This document shows positions 1-12,769 of a DNA stretch of 64,000 bases, piece by piece; positions within the stretch are counted from its first letter, which is position 1; every line of letters begins with the position of its first letter. The position numbers and the translations under genes are program-made. Source of the DNA: Geosiphon pyriformis uo1 (Eukaryota; Fungi; Glomeromycota); contig JAAOMT010000760.1 in NCBI GenBank assembly GCA_016748015.1, positions 568,310 through 632,309 of the forward strand. Reading direction: 5' to 3'. Under the pieces are notes generated by a model. That model was not told the DNA's origin, ran no database searches, and worked only from the letters and a program-made list of their open reading frames with translations.

Positions 1-1042
1 AAAAATTCAAATTTTGTCAGATTTCAGCAAAAATCTATGAAAAACTTTGTACTTCGTGGGAACCATTTGCAATTTTTGGGATTTATTGGTAAAAATTAAA
101 AACAACAATCCGTCAAGTTTTGAGGTTTGAATTTTATCGTATTATACGGTTCAAAAATAGACATATTCGAGTTGAATTTCATGAATATTTGGCCGCATTT
201 CGTTTGAAGAGATTACTTTGAAACCATTCTTCCATTCATAAACACCATTTTTTTTCTTCTGAAACTTCATTTGCTTCAGGATGACTATTTTCGATTCCAC
301 ATCTTTGACTCTCCCATAGACCATCTCAATCTTCGAAACAGCTTCCTATTGCTTATAGTCAAACCAATAGTTTATGGATGGGACTGGAATTCCGATAGAA
401 AACCTTTCTTGTTTGAAAGAAACTGATATTAAAGGCTTTTGATAATTTCGAGAAAGTTCAAAGCTTTTGGAATTGAAAAAGTGGCAATATATAAAGCGCA
501 TATTTTTATTAAAAGCATGCGAAACCATAATTCAAAATTTAATCTTGATGGAATTGTGAACCTTTTTATCAATTTAAAATTTCCGCGATGAAATCCATTT
601 GCTATTTAGGTTTTGATGAAAGAGGCATCAAAATATTAGGTTCTTCAACACTATTTATATAATTCCCATTTTTAACTTGAATAATCGTTGTCAAGCTTTT
701 TATTTTGAAGATAAGAATATCTTCGAAGCATCCATTTTAGTGATTAAATAACTAAGCGATTTGAATTTGTCCTAGGTCTTTTTCCTTTTTAGCAACGTTT
801 TTATTCATTCACTTGATTTGTCATTCAAAAAGCTGTTATTCATTAAAATTGTGAAATCCTACACATCCTAATACGACCATTCATCGTTGCACTTGCATAA
901 TACATGCAAGTGGGTTTAAGGATTAAAAACCTCGATTTTTAAGTGAAACAATAAAGAATTGTTTAAAAGGAATTATTTTTTCAATAATTCTGTATCCAAA
1001 TTGTCAAGTCCTCATGTTTTTATGTTCATCAAAATAGTAATA

Positions 1043-2080
1043 ATGAAATTTTTGTTAATTGCACTTATTATTATTATTAATGTTCTGACAATGGTGAAGG
1101 CTTCGTTAATCGATAGGTTTTTCAATGAAACTAATTCTACGTCTTCTTTTTCGTCGTCCTCGTCATCATCATCACCCACGAAAGAGACATGTGAACAAAT
1201 TTTCAATTTAATTGCTCCGAAAAATTGTTCTCAATGCCAGAATACAATCTATCAGGCCGAGTCTAACTCTTCCGGACTTGATGGATGCTCCACCTTTTTA
1301 AATATTCAAAGAAGCGTTGACCAGAATATTGAAACCTTTTTAGAGGACTCATGCACTAATAATCACTGTAATACCACTCTTGCTCAAGAATTATTAAAAC
1401 AGATTGATAAAGATTGTAGCTCAGAGTTGAAGGCCTACATCAATAGTATCGATAGTGAGAATTATGATATGGAGGATCCTAATGGTATTGTTGCTGGAAT
1501 TTGGGGTAGATTGTATATCTCTACGCCTGTCAAACAGAGTTTGTGTCAAAAGAATTTTAAGGGTGGTGAGTTCAATATAATTTAAGAAGCTTTGATGATA
1601 TTTTCTTGTGAGATTTAAAACAACATAAAATTTAAAGTTGAATTCTTTTAATTTACATTTTCTTCTCAAGGATACTGTGTACCAGACATTCAAGCTCAAA
1701 TCAATCAATCCTTAACGACCAATCAATCAGCTCTTAATGGTAGTATTGTTTACTCAATTACTCCACCAGATTCATCAGTTAGCTATTACACTTCACAAAA
1801 TCAAACGAGAGTTACCACAATGTTGCCAAAAAATATCCTTTGCAGTGAGTGTTATACCAAAATCTCCCAATCTTGGATTGATTATATAAATAAGAACCCT
1901 CCAGAGAATGGTATCATGAACAAACAAATTGAGTTAGCTATTCAACCGGTCAAAGGGAATTTGACTGCGCTATGTAACATTCAGAGTTCAAATGGATTCA
2001 GAAAAATTGATTTAACTTTTATTAATCAAGCTTTTATTGGTTTGATATCATTTATTATTTTTTCTACTTTTGCTTGTTAA
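1043..2080 (+). CDS. Secreted Cys-rich protein, probably GPI-anchored (2 exons: 1043-1565, 1671-2080)
   Basis: Signal peptide MKFLLIALIIIINVLTMVKA, a Ser-rich linker and many Cys. A GT..AG intron at 1566-1670 joins CQKNFKGG to YCVPDI in frame. Hydrophobic C-terminal tail (FIGLISFIIFSTFAC). Paralogue at 59762-61087 has the same intron position. Confidence 0.85.
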
Positions 2081-5000
2081 TTTTATAAAAATCTTTTTAA
2101 GAATTTGATAAAGTATGTATTTAAAAAATTACTTTTCAATATGATGTAAAATTTGAAAGTTACGACTGGGAGCGATTTAAATATTTTTCTTTGTTTCTTT
2201 TTTTAATTTTATTGAATAATTGTAGTTTATTAGATCAATAATAGAATTCGAATTTTGGACTCTTAAAAAATTGAAATTTATCATTATTGAAAATAAGAAT
2301 TATTTTGATTTACAAAAAAAATTTCTTTTTCAATTAAGTTTCACTCGTCAGGAAATTTCCATTATTGTAAAGTAAATGATGGGGTAACATGACTAATATC
2401 ATCAATACTACTGGAATTGGAACGTAAATAATTCTCTCAATTTTGCAAATCATCATTACAATGTTTTTTTCTCGATAAAATATAATTCGTATATGCAAGA
2501 AACCATCTGATTTTGTAATAAAAAAACTATTTATGTTGCGCATTGAGAGTTAGAAATAAATTTTCTATGAATAAAAATTGATTCTTAACAGCCAACAAAC
2601 ATAAAAATGTATCATTTCCGATATTGAATTCTGGTGCAAACAAGGATGAGAAGAAAACCTTGATGCTCAAAAAAAAGTAAAATAACTGAAATTTTGAGTG
2701 ATTTATAAAATTTAAAAATCAAACGATATTTAATAGAGCATCTGATTTACAGGAAAAATTTTCTTTTTAACATCTTTTTAATAATTAATTTTGACCCTTT
2801 AAAATATCTAGCAGTAATCTTTTTATGATTCGATTAAAACATTTTTGTTTATAATTCAAATATTTCCTTTTTTTTTGAGAATAATCCATAAATTTTCAAT
2901 TATATTTAGATTAAAAATTGACAAATCAATTAATTATGCGAATATTTTAAAATTCTAAAATTGACACATAATTCTTTGGAATATGAATTCAATCATCATT
3001 TTGTTAAATGTTATTTATAAAAGCAATATTTAAATTAGGAAATAAATAAGATTTAAAAATTTTAAAATAATTTTTGTCTTATAAATGAAAAAATATTCAA
3101 TTATTTTTTTTAATAAAATAAAATTTATTATTATTTTTATTATTGAACAATTTAAATAAAAATTTTTATGATTGTATATTTTAATTGAATATTATTGTAA
3201 ATTTAAAAAATGGTTTTATTTAAAAAAATTGTGTAAAACCAATTGTTTTGAATATAACTAAATACCTTAAATTTAGTACATGTTTTGTAACCATAAAAAC
3301 TATTATGGCAATATTATTAAAATTTATTTAAAAAATTAAAATAATAACATTTTTTAAGTACTAAAATAAAAAAAATATTCAAATAATTTTTACTATAAAT
3401 GTGTAATTTGTTTAAAAGGTTCAAAAATTTTATATTTGAAATAAGTATAAACACAATAATTTTTTAAAATTAATTTCTCTTTAATAAAATCTATTAATCT
3501 CAAATTTAATAAATTATCAACTTTTTTAAAATTAGTATATGAAAATTAAATTCTAGATCTAAATCAAATTTTTGTTGAAAACTTCTGTTTCTTAAGTGAT
3601 TGCAGAATAAAAAAAAATATTAAGCCTTGAAAACTGTTTGAGAAATAGATTGGTAAGAAAAAAGTCTTTAAAAATGAATTTTTAAGCAAAAATTATATGA
3701 TTATAATTAAAGAATTTTGTTATAAAAAAACTAAAACAATTTAAACATCAACTAATATATAAAATAAATATATAACATATAATTATCTTTAAAAAAATTT
3801 ATATCTTTTGAAAAAACTAAAAAAAACATTAACAACAATATTAAAAAAGGTAAAATAACAATTATCAAGAATGAGCAAGAAATCCAAAATATATATTTTT
3901 GAGTTTATGTACTGTAAACTTTGAATAATAAGTTATAAAAATTACTTCAACAGATTATTATTTCATATCTTCTTTATAATCGAAATTGAATTTAAAAAAA
4001 AAAATTGTAAATACAATTATTTATAATAAGCCAAAATAGACAATATTGTACTTATATTCAATTTAAGGATTAATCAAATTGACATAAATTGATGCAATTA
4101 CAGTATTTTTTGTGTTAATTACGAAAATTCTCCTGATCAAATTCCGAGAGAAAAAACATTTTTACTTAGAATGGCTTTTTTATAAAAATAATAAATAGTG
4201 AATTTCATATTAAAATTTAAAAAAACACTTTCAGAAATTTACAAAATAATAGAAAAGAGTTGATGATTTCAATAGAATAACAATTTTAAGCACATAAGCT
4301 GTCTTGTTTGATCATTTCTTAATAGTTTTCATATTATGAACTAGCCATCAAATAGCCTGAAATTTAATCTCATTTAGTTCAAACAAATATAGAAAAAAAT
4401 GCTAAGGAATTGTAAGGATTTAAACTAGTTATAGTAAATAATGGTTAAAGAATATTACTATTTTATTAATAAAACTAATAACAATGACAATAGTCGAAAT
4501 AACTAAGTTGCATGAAATTTGAATTTGCATTACGAAAAAAATGGGTTTCAAATTAATGTAATGAAATAATGCTTTATTAAAACTTATATTTAGCCCTAAG
4601 ATGTAAAAATAATAATATTCAGCGTTTCTTTTTCTTAACTATCCGAGAATTATGTTCCAAGTTTCCAAAATAATATGAAATAACAATATCTCATTCAGCC
4701 ACCTTACCTTTCACAAAAAATAAAATATTTTATAGCTATCCCTATGATAATCTTACATGGGCAATTGGGGATATTTGCCACCGCGTTCAATATATCCCCC
4801 ACAGATTCACTTTGACTGTTTGAGACAGTAATAATTTGACGCTTAATAATATCATTACGTTCGGCTGCACGAACAAAAATGTAGGCTGAATTAAATGAAT
4901 TTGTTTTAGTGACATTTTGTGCGAAGCGAGATAAAAGAAAATATCAATTTTTCTCATTACCAAGATCCTCAAAGTGAACTAATCTGCAATGAGTATTCTG

Positions 5001-5309
5001 GTAGCGGTGACTGGAAGTTTGCAAAAAAAAGTTACGGTTTTTTTTTAATTAGCCGTACCATCGATCAGGAAGTCAACTTTTTCCGCGGTTGGTTGCCAAG
5101 TTTCAGATTTCCAGATGTCCCTATAAACGGGAATGACTTAAACTGGTATTCAAGTTTCAAGAAATTAATCATAAAGGCACCTTTCATTTGCCACGCCAAG
5201 AACAGGATTTTTTTAAACCCACTTCCATTATTGGACAATTCCCGGCCTTTTACTTCATTACGAACTAACCCATAAGTTTCATGACCGGCATTGGCTAAAC
5301 CCAGTACGA

Positions 5310-5487
5310 CACTATGAGTTATCAGTTATACGAATCGAATAATTTATAACCTTGTAACTAAAACTACTCACTGGCTCATTTATCTGAACGTTAATGGTGT
5401 TGATAGTTGTTATTTGTGAAAAAAACAAACAAAAAGAAGACTTTAAAAAATACTATTTGGTACCTGTTGAAAATTTTTTTAAATAAT
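5310..5487. repeat. ~175-bp non-coding segment, inverted diverged copy of 61215-61380
   Basis: cactatgag...aaaactactcactggctcatt...gaacgttaatggtgttg...aaaaagaagactttaaaaaatactatttggtacctgttgaaaa matches the reverse complement of 61215-61380 with scattered substitutions and small indels. Confidence 0.9.
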
Positions 5488-6743
5488 AAATTTTTAACAA
5501 TTAGTATTTGGGATGTTTCAAAGAAAGTGTCCTTATCTTCTCACTTTCTTAATATTCTAAAAGCGGGGATCTGAAATCGCAAGATACTGTATTTCCAATC
5601 AGTGGATCACAAGCCCAAATATGCTGACCAGACCTTAAAAATTGGTTAGATAAAAATTTATAATCAGTCATATCATTTCAAAAACCCGCTGAATTCGATC
5701 ATGAAGAGTTGTTCCTAGAATTTAAAAGCCTTTCTAAAGTACCCTATAAAATAAATTATTGGCAGTAAGACGCAAATTAATGGAAAAATTAAAGTCTTTT
5801 CTCAAATTCAATTAATTGTGCATTACTTGGATGGTGGCATGTGTATTAAAAAAATTCTAAATGTGTGTTGATATTTTTGACTCCCTGATCAGTTAATTAA
5901 GTTGTTAAAAGCAGATTAATTATTTTTTTGAAGAAGGCCTTCAATAAAAAGACCAAGGCCCTCTACAAATTCGATTATAATTTGGCTACATGATGATATA
6001 TTGTGGCTCATTTAAAACTCGGGAACCTTTATTATTAATTAAAAAGACATTATATGCGTCAATCGAAAAGAAAAGTGAACATATAATTGGGAATAGATTG
6101 TATTCCAAATTTAATTGACTGGAATCGCAATATATATCATGTCAATTTTATATATTTCATGATGATTGTAGCAGCTTTAAAGCTGGCCTTTATCCAGTTT
6201 AAATCCTAATTAGCGCTTTTTGATTTCATAGCTTAAATTTTGAATTAAAAAAGGTTCATTACTTCTGTGGTTTAATAAAATCAGATAGCTTGGTATGCTC
6301 CAAATGGCTCATTTGACATAAGCTACTTTAATATACAAACTATATGCATATTTATAATACCAAGACTTCTTTCCCAGAGTACCTACTCAAATTAGGAGGC
6401 CTTTCTTCAAATGAAAATTAAGATAAAATTTTACATTTGGTGAGCATATTTACAATCATAGTCAAAATATTCGATGAGCCACTTTTAAACTGGTAATTTT
6501 CCCAGAATAAAAAATGAGGTGTAGTTTTTTCTCTGTTATTTATAAATGGAATCACATGGAAAGAATGCATTTGAAACATTAACTTTAATAATTTTGGCAT
6601 AGAACTTAATCCTGTAGTCTTTTTACTACAAAACTTATTTCAACCATAATTTTTAAGATTATATTACCATAAAGGATTTACATGAAAAACTAGTATTCCT
6701 GAAATTAAATGAAAATCTGAAAAAGGTAATTAGTAGGTTTAAT

Positions 6744-7905
6744 TTAATCGTAATAAATTCGGTTTCCACAATCTGCTTCCCAGCCGATGTCATTTAAAAT
6801 TTGGGATTCGCCTGGTTCTACCGATCTGCTATCTTCTGCAATTAGGGATTCTCTTAGCTTGTCGGCTCTTTTGCTTCCTCTACTGCAATTAAAAAGTAAT
6901 GCGGGATCCATTTCAGTCAGATAAAACTTTTTTAGATCTTTCCTTAATTCTTTTCTTAAAATTTGTTTGTACGGCATGACTTTGTAAAAGTAATCAACCG
7001 ACGAAATCTCATAAAACCGAATCAATGCCAAAAACGGATCAATTTTTTTTTGAAGACTTTCGAACTCCTTGTTTGACCATCGAGAAAATTCTTTGGAGAG
7101 CGAAACATCCTGTGCACAACCCCAGCGAATTGCTTCCTCCCAAATCTCGATTTCGCACATTTCCAGATCATCATGTCCTAACAATCTGACTAAAGCATCG
7201 ATATTTTCTGAATTGAGAAAAGAGGTTGAACTTAAAAAAAGCTTTGGTTGTTTTAATAAAGTGGTTTTCAATCTTGAGGCCAAGATTTGGAAATTTTGTG
7301 AATTATAAATTCGGCAATAGTGATCGTAAACTTTAGTCGATATTTTGTCATCAAATGTGTTGTAAATTCTGTCGTAATTGTCTAGAATATGAGTTCGAAT
7401 CGATTCTGCCAAGTTGGTCATTAAGAGTTCGTCTGCAGCCAAGTACATTTCAAAAAGGTCTGAATCACCGCCAGAGTTCTCGATTTTTAGTTGACCCGAA
7501 TATATGTAACTATTTTTCAAAGTACAAATATTGTAAGTTTTATCTGATCGATTTATAACTCGACTTTCTATCAGCAAGGCTAACTCACCTCAAGATTAAA
7601 GCGAACACTGATGGTTCAATGTTAGGCTTCTCAAAAGTGACTCTCCCAGATGAATCTTTTTTGGACCAGTTAGTAGATAGAGCAGTTTTAAAATAATTAC
7701 ATCTTGCTTTTAGTATCAGCGTGTGTACTTTGAACGACTTGGACATAGCTTGGCTTCCGACTCTAATAATCATGTCGTGATCATCACTAGTTTCTAAAAG
7801 TTTTGAAAAGTTTGGCGCATAAGAACAATCGATAGTCTCGAATGATAGTGCTGAATGATTACTTTGAGCTCTTCTAATGTTCATATTAGCAATGTTAATA
7901 TTCAT
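6744..7905 (-). CDS. BTB/POZ-BACK domain protein (2 exons: 7905-7589, 7509-6744)
   Basis: BTB motifs DMIIRVG, FKVHTLILKARCNYFKTALS and FEKPNIEPSVF. Intron 7510-7588 joins ALIL-S-YIYSG. BACK-like segments EIEIWEEAIRWG and LIRFYEISSVDYFYKVMPYK. Confidence 0.9.
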
Positions 7906-8620
7906 TAAACGTTTTATTTAAGAATAAGAACTACAGTCTATTATATCTCAACGAACAGATTTTATAATAGGAAATTCGATTACCATTTCTTTCTATAATT
8001 AGTTCACAATCAATCATTTACTATGCTTAATTGTTATCAAACGGGAAAATTGTCATATTTAATTATGATTTATAAGAATTTGCAATGACAAAGCTCTTCA
8101 ATTTTTTTTTAGCCTAGAAATTCAAGAAAGATTGATAAAATTTTAGTATTATTCATATCATTCCACAAATGTCTTTCCTTTATATCATAAAATTTCTTGA
8201 GGGTATGATTTGATTTGGATCAAAATATTTTTGAACAATTTGAACAATGGTTTCTTCTCTACCATAAAAACATTCGATAAATGAACTCCTAATTTGTAAA
8301 TAATATTAGGATAGTTGATATTGGTATTGATATTAAGGAAATATAAACTTTAAACCTTAAAGACATACTTTAAATTAATAATCTTTTTATGCGCTGAAAA
8401 AAGTGTCAATTTGTCTAAACTGAGGTACCTTTACAATTTAAAACCAATCATTTTTCAAAAATAGGTTCAAATTTCAAGATATACTTTAGGGTTATTGAAT
8501 TTTTGAATATGAGAAATAGCAAATTCAAAAAGACTTGTTCAAAGAGGATTTTTTTATTTGTCAAGATATCTTAAAATTTTATGACAATCAACCAATCTAA
8601 GTTCTATTGGTTTAACATTT

Positions 8621-10191
8621 TTGATTTCAAGAAAAAAATCTGATATTTACAAACAGATTCTAAAAGTTTATTCCCAATAACAGACTTTTCAATATAAATT
8701 TATTTCAATATTATTTAGGTTGGTTCAATTTGATATTATATATTAGCTACTTGTAATTAGTCATATTAATCATTTTAAAAAGTCTTATTCATTTGTTCAT
8801 TTGATTCTTAATTCATTTTAATTTTTATATTTTTTATCTTATTAACCCAATATAGATATGTGAATTTTTATCGTTTTTAATTTCATATTTAGAGCTTTTT
8901 TTATTAAGATATATAATAAATAAATTTTTTTAATACTTTTATTATTAAAATATATGAATATTTAATTTGAATATGAGAATTCTTTAAATTACATACTATT
9001 TTATTATTATTTGCCAATTTTGGAGTTTTAACAAATAAATATGGTTTTGTTTTTTCAAAATGGATATTTATATTATTTATTATTGAGATGAATTTATTTC
9101 AAAAGTCAAAAATTATTTAATATAAGAAATAATGAAGGGTTTAAAATGTTTCTCATAATATGTTAATATAAATTTAATTATCAATATTTTTTTATTTTGA
9201 GAACCTAATTAACATAAATATATCTATGAATTTTAAGTTTCTTTGAAATATATTTGCATTAAATTTTATTTTTTTAATATCAAAGAAATAAATAACGAAA
9301 AAAAATTTGCTTATAATTAAAATTAAAAATGTTAAATATGTAATACTATTTATAATGAAGAAAGAGCAAATGAAAAAATTAGAGAGGGTACTCGGAAAAC
9401 GTGCGTTCAATTTTCTATCAGTGGATTGAGTCTATACTTAAAAAAGACACATTTTATGTATATGCCTTTTTGCTGTAGTTTATTATACCCAAGCTATAAA
9501 TTTTTTTAATTAAAAAAGGCATCATGGTCTCTCTCTGCGAAAAAAGATTGCTATCACAGCTTAATTAGGAAGCCTGTTTCCCCAATTAAAACATCTTGAT
9601 AGAAATGTACACAATTTATCAAGTGATAATTGACCGTGAAAATTCACAAAGAACTTTCCTCCAACGATGGTTAATATGCTTTTTAAAGTTCCTTGGTGGC
9701 AATAGAAAATCAAATTTTTAAAGTCGATTGAAAGTTTTTTTTGGAATAAAAATTTCTAGAAAGTTTGCGTCATCAATTTTAAGAACATTCTTACATTTAT
9801 TTGCACTAAGAGTAAATAAACTATTCCCAAAAGGTATGGCGTGAATAAATTAATTTATTTAGTCAATTGAATCTTTTGTTTTAGGTAATTTGCGTAAGAG
9901 GATAACAGGTTTAAAAATATAAGGAAAATAACTTTTAATGGACAATGAAATAGGTCATCTGTAGTACAAATTCGGTGAGTCAATGAAAAATGGATTTGGA
10001 AAAATTGGTTAAATCCCGAAATACCACTATTAAATCTCTGGCTGTGATTTGCGAAAATTATTAACTTGACGATTATATTTTGAATTTAAATGAATTTATT
10101 ATTATTAATAATATTATTATATTATTATTTTCTTATGCATTTCATTCAAAAATAATTTTAAATTCCTTTCGACTATTAATGAACCTAAATT
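8621..10191 (+). repeat. 1571-bp repeat unit, copy 1 (apparently identical to 10212-11782 and to the reverse complement of 62430-64000)
   Basis: Direct comparison. The same spurious 72-aa ORF appears three times in the ORF track (9192, 10783, 63211). Confidence 0.95.
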
Positions 10192-10211
10192 NNNNNNNNN
10201 NNNNNNNNNNN
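10192..10211. other. Assembly gap (20 N)
   Basis: Run of n between the two identical tandem copies. Confidence 1.
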
Positions 10212-12249
10212 TTGATTTCAAGAAAAAAATCTGATATTTACAAACAGATTCTAAAAGTTTATTCCCAATAACAGACTTTTCAATATAAATTTATTTCAAT
10301 ATTATTTAGGTTGGTTCAATTTGATATTATATATTAGCTACTTGTAATTAGTCATATTAATCATTTTAAAAAGTCTTATTCATTTGTTCATTTGATTCTT
10401 AATTCATTTTAATTTTTATATTTTTTATCTTATTAACCCAATATAGATATGTGAATTTTTATCGTTTTTAATTTCATATTTAGAGCTTTTTTTATTAAGA
10501 TATATAATAAATAAATTTTTTTAATACTTTTATTATTAAAATATATGAATATTTAATTTGAATATGAGAATTCTTTAAATTACATACTATTTTATTATTA
10601 TTTGCCAATTTTGGAGTTTTAACAAATAAATATGGTTTTGTTTTTTCAAAATGGATATTTATATTATTTATTATTGAGATGAATTTATTTCAAAAGTCAA
10701 AAATTATTTAATATAAGAAATAATGAAGGGTTTAAAATGTTTCTCATAATATGTTAATATAAATTTAATTATCAATATTTTTTTATTTTGAGAACCTAAT
10801 TAACATAAATATATCTATGAATTTTAAGTTTCTTTGAAATATATTTGCATTAAATTTTATTTTTTTAATATCAAAGAAATAAATAACGAAAAAAAATTTG
10901 CTTATAATTAAAATTAAAAATGTTAAATATGTAATACTATTTATAATGAAGAAAGAGCAAATGAAAAAATTAGAGAGGGTACTCGGAAAACGTGCGTTCA
11001 ATTTTCTATCAGTGGATTGAGTCTATACTTAAAAAAGACACATTTTATGTATATGCCTTTTTGCTGTAGTTTATTATACCCAAGCTATAAATTTTTTTAA
11101 TTAAAAAAGGCATCATGGTCTCTCTCTGCGAAAAAAGATTGCTATCACAGCTTAATTAGGAAGCCTGTTTCCCCAATTAAAACATCTTGATAGAAATGTA
11201 CACAATTTATCAAGTGATAATTGACCGTGAAAATTCACAAAGAACTTTCCTCCAACGATGGTTAATATGCTTTTTAAAGTTCCTTGGTGGCAATAGAAAA
11301 TCAAATTTTTAAAGTCGATTGAAAGTTTTTTTTGGAATAAAAATTTCTAGAAAGTTTGCGTCATCAATTTTAAGAACATTCTTACATTTATTTGCACTAA
11401 GAGTAAATAAACTATTCCCAAAAGGTATGGCGTGAATAAATTAATTTATTTAGTCAATTGAATCTTTTGTTTTAGGTAATTTGCGTAAGAGGATAACAGG
11501 TTTAAAAATATAAGGAAAATAACTTTTAATGGACAATGAAATAGGTCATCTGTAGTACAAATTCGGTGAGTCAATGAAAAATGGATTTGGAAAAATTGGT
11601 TAAATCCCGAAATACCACTATTAAATCTCTGGCTGTGATTTGCGAAAATTATTAACTTGACGATTATATTTTGAATTTAAATGAATTTATTATTATTAAT
11701 AATATTATTATATTATTATTTTCTTATGCATTTCATTCAAAAATAATTTTAAATTCCTTTCGACTATTAATGAACCTAAATTTTTAATTTTTTAATGTTT
11801 TTTAGGAATACCATGCATTAAATTCTGAGTTGTGGTTTCGCATAAGTGATAAAATTTTTTTGCAAAATTAACACATGGCGAAACCTGTTTCATTTTGTCA
11901 AATAAAGCATTGGATCATTTTATTTTTGGGAGCCTGAATTGCCTGCAATACTGGAACGTGCTAAATAAATAAACAAACAAACTGGAGGTATCAAGTTTTA
12001 GTCGAATTCGAACTTTGTTTAAAAATGCTCGACCATTAGTTTCGCTCAACTTTTCGTAACAGCAAAACAAAATTTATGCGTTAAATAATATTGAATTTTT
12101 AGATAATTTGACACAATGAAGAATTTTTTACAATTAAAATTTAAATGATCGTAAGTATTGAAACTGCTTTCTATTATGGTTGGGAATATTGGGTATTTTT
12201 TAAGAATAGATCAGAGCCCAGCAAATAAATTGAAATTTACTATACTTTT
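10212..12249 (+). repeat. Repeat copy 2, inverted partner of 61900-64000
   Basis: Apparently identical to the inverted copy up to 11782. From there it matches with SNPs and a ~75-bp indel up to ...gcaaataaattga..ttactatactttt at ~12249. Confidence 0.92.
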
Positions 12250-12370
12250 AATGATGTCTTAGTATTTTTTTTAATTATTAATATCATTACAATTTGATCA
12301 CCATTTCTGAACTCTTATGTATTTTATGATTTTATTACATATTTTATGTCCTGTCTTTTCTTTTTAATAG

Positions 12371-12720
12371 AAGCAACATCAACAATTATACCTTTCTTAC
12401 TTTATTTTTGCTGATGTTGCAGACAAGACCCTACTAGAACAATCATGTCACAGCTTGGTTCAAGAGATGTGTTTTTCTTTTTTTACTTTTTATTGTTTGA
12501 AGATCAAAACTTATACTTATTATTTTGGTATTTAGACTGTGATTGCTCACTAATACTAATTCTTTCACCATTGTCTCAACAACACAAAAATCATCATAAT
12601 AGACACATAAAATTACTCATTGTTCAATTTCACAGCCAACAATTTGGTTAAAAATATTATTACAATCAATACAGACTTTAATTATTAACAGCAAAAAAGA
12701 ACAAAAAGTTCAATATTAAA
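12371..12720 (+). pseudogene. tnpA: IS607-type serine recombinase (TnpA) remnant
   Basis: SNIN (12372, cf. GSGIN). KTLLEQSCHSLVQE (12425-12466), then a phase-0 intron 12467-12535 with a decayed donor. TVIAH*Y*FFH (12536; cf. VVVAHRDRLSR, largely explicable by CpG decay). LNNTKIIIID. NLVKNIITINTDFNY*QQKR (cf. ELAEDLxxIxxVFxxRxxGRR). The N-terminal MerR-HTH and catalytic Ser were not recognised. Confidence 0.7.
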
Positions 12721-12769
12721 GTGAGTTTTTTTTTTAATTCTGAAAAAGTAAAAGATAGAAAGAATAATA

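Noticed and set aside
4919-5275. 118-aa ORF
   Set aside because: GTG start and no domain similarity; it lies in a promoter-like region.
6250-6743. Possible decayed TLDc domain after the BTB/BACK gene
   Set aside because: Only faint fragments (e.g. PFGAY) in mixed frames; cannot be supported.
9192-9410. 72-aa ORF MNARFPSTLSN... present three times
   Set aside because: TTG start, low-complexity F/I/K sequence from AT-rich DNA; it recurs only because of the repeat.
8621-11782. Apparent perfect 1.57-kb tandem duplication
   Set aside because: The copies flank a 20-N gap. The unit ends exactly before the first SNP that distinguishes the two real repeat copies (11783 vs 62429) and starts at the same base where the window ends. 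This is typical of a collapsed repeat contig placed twice.
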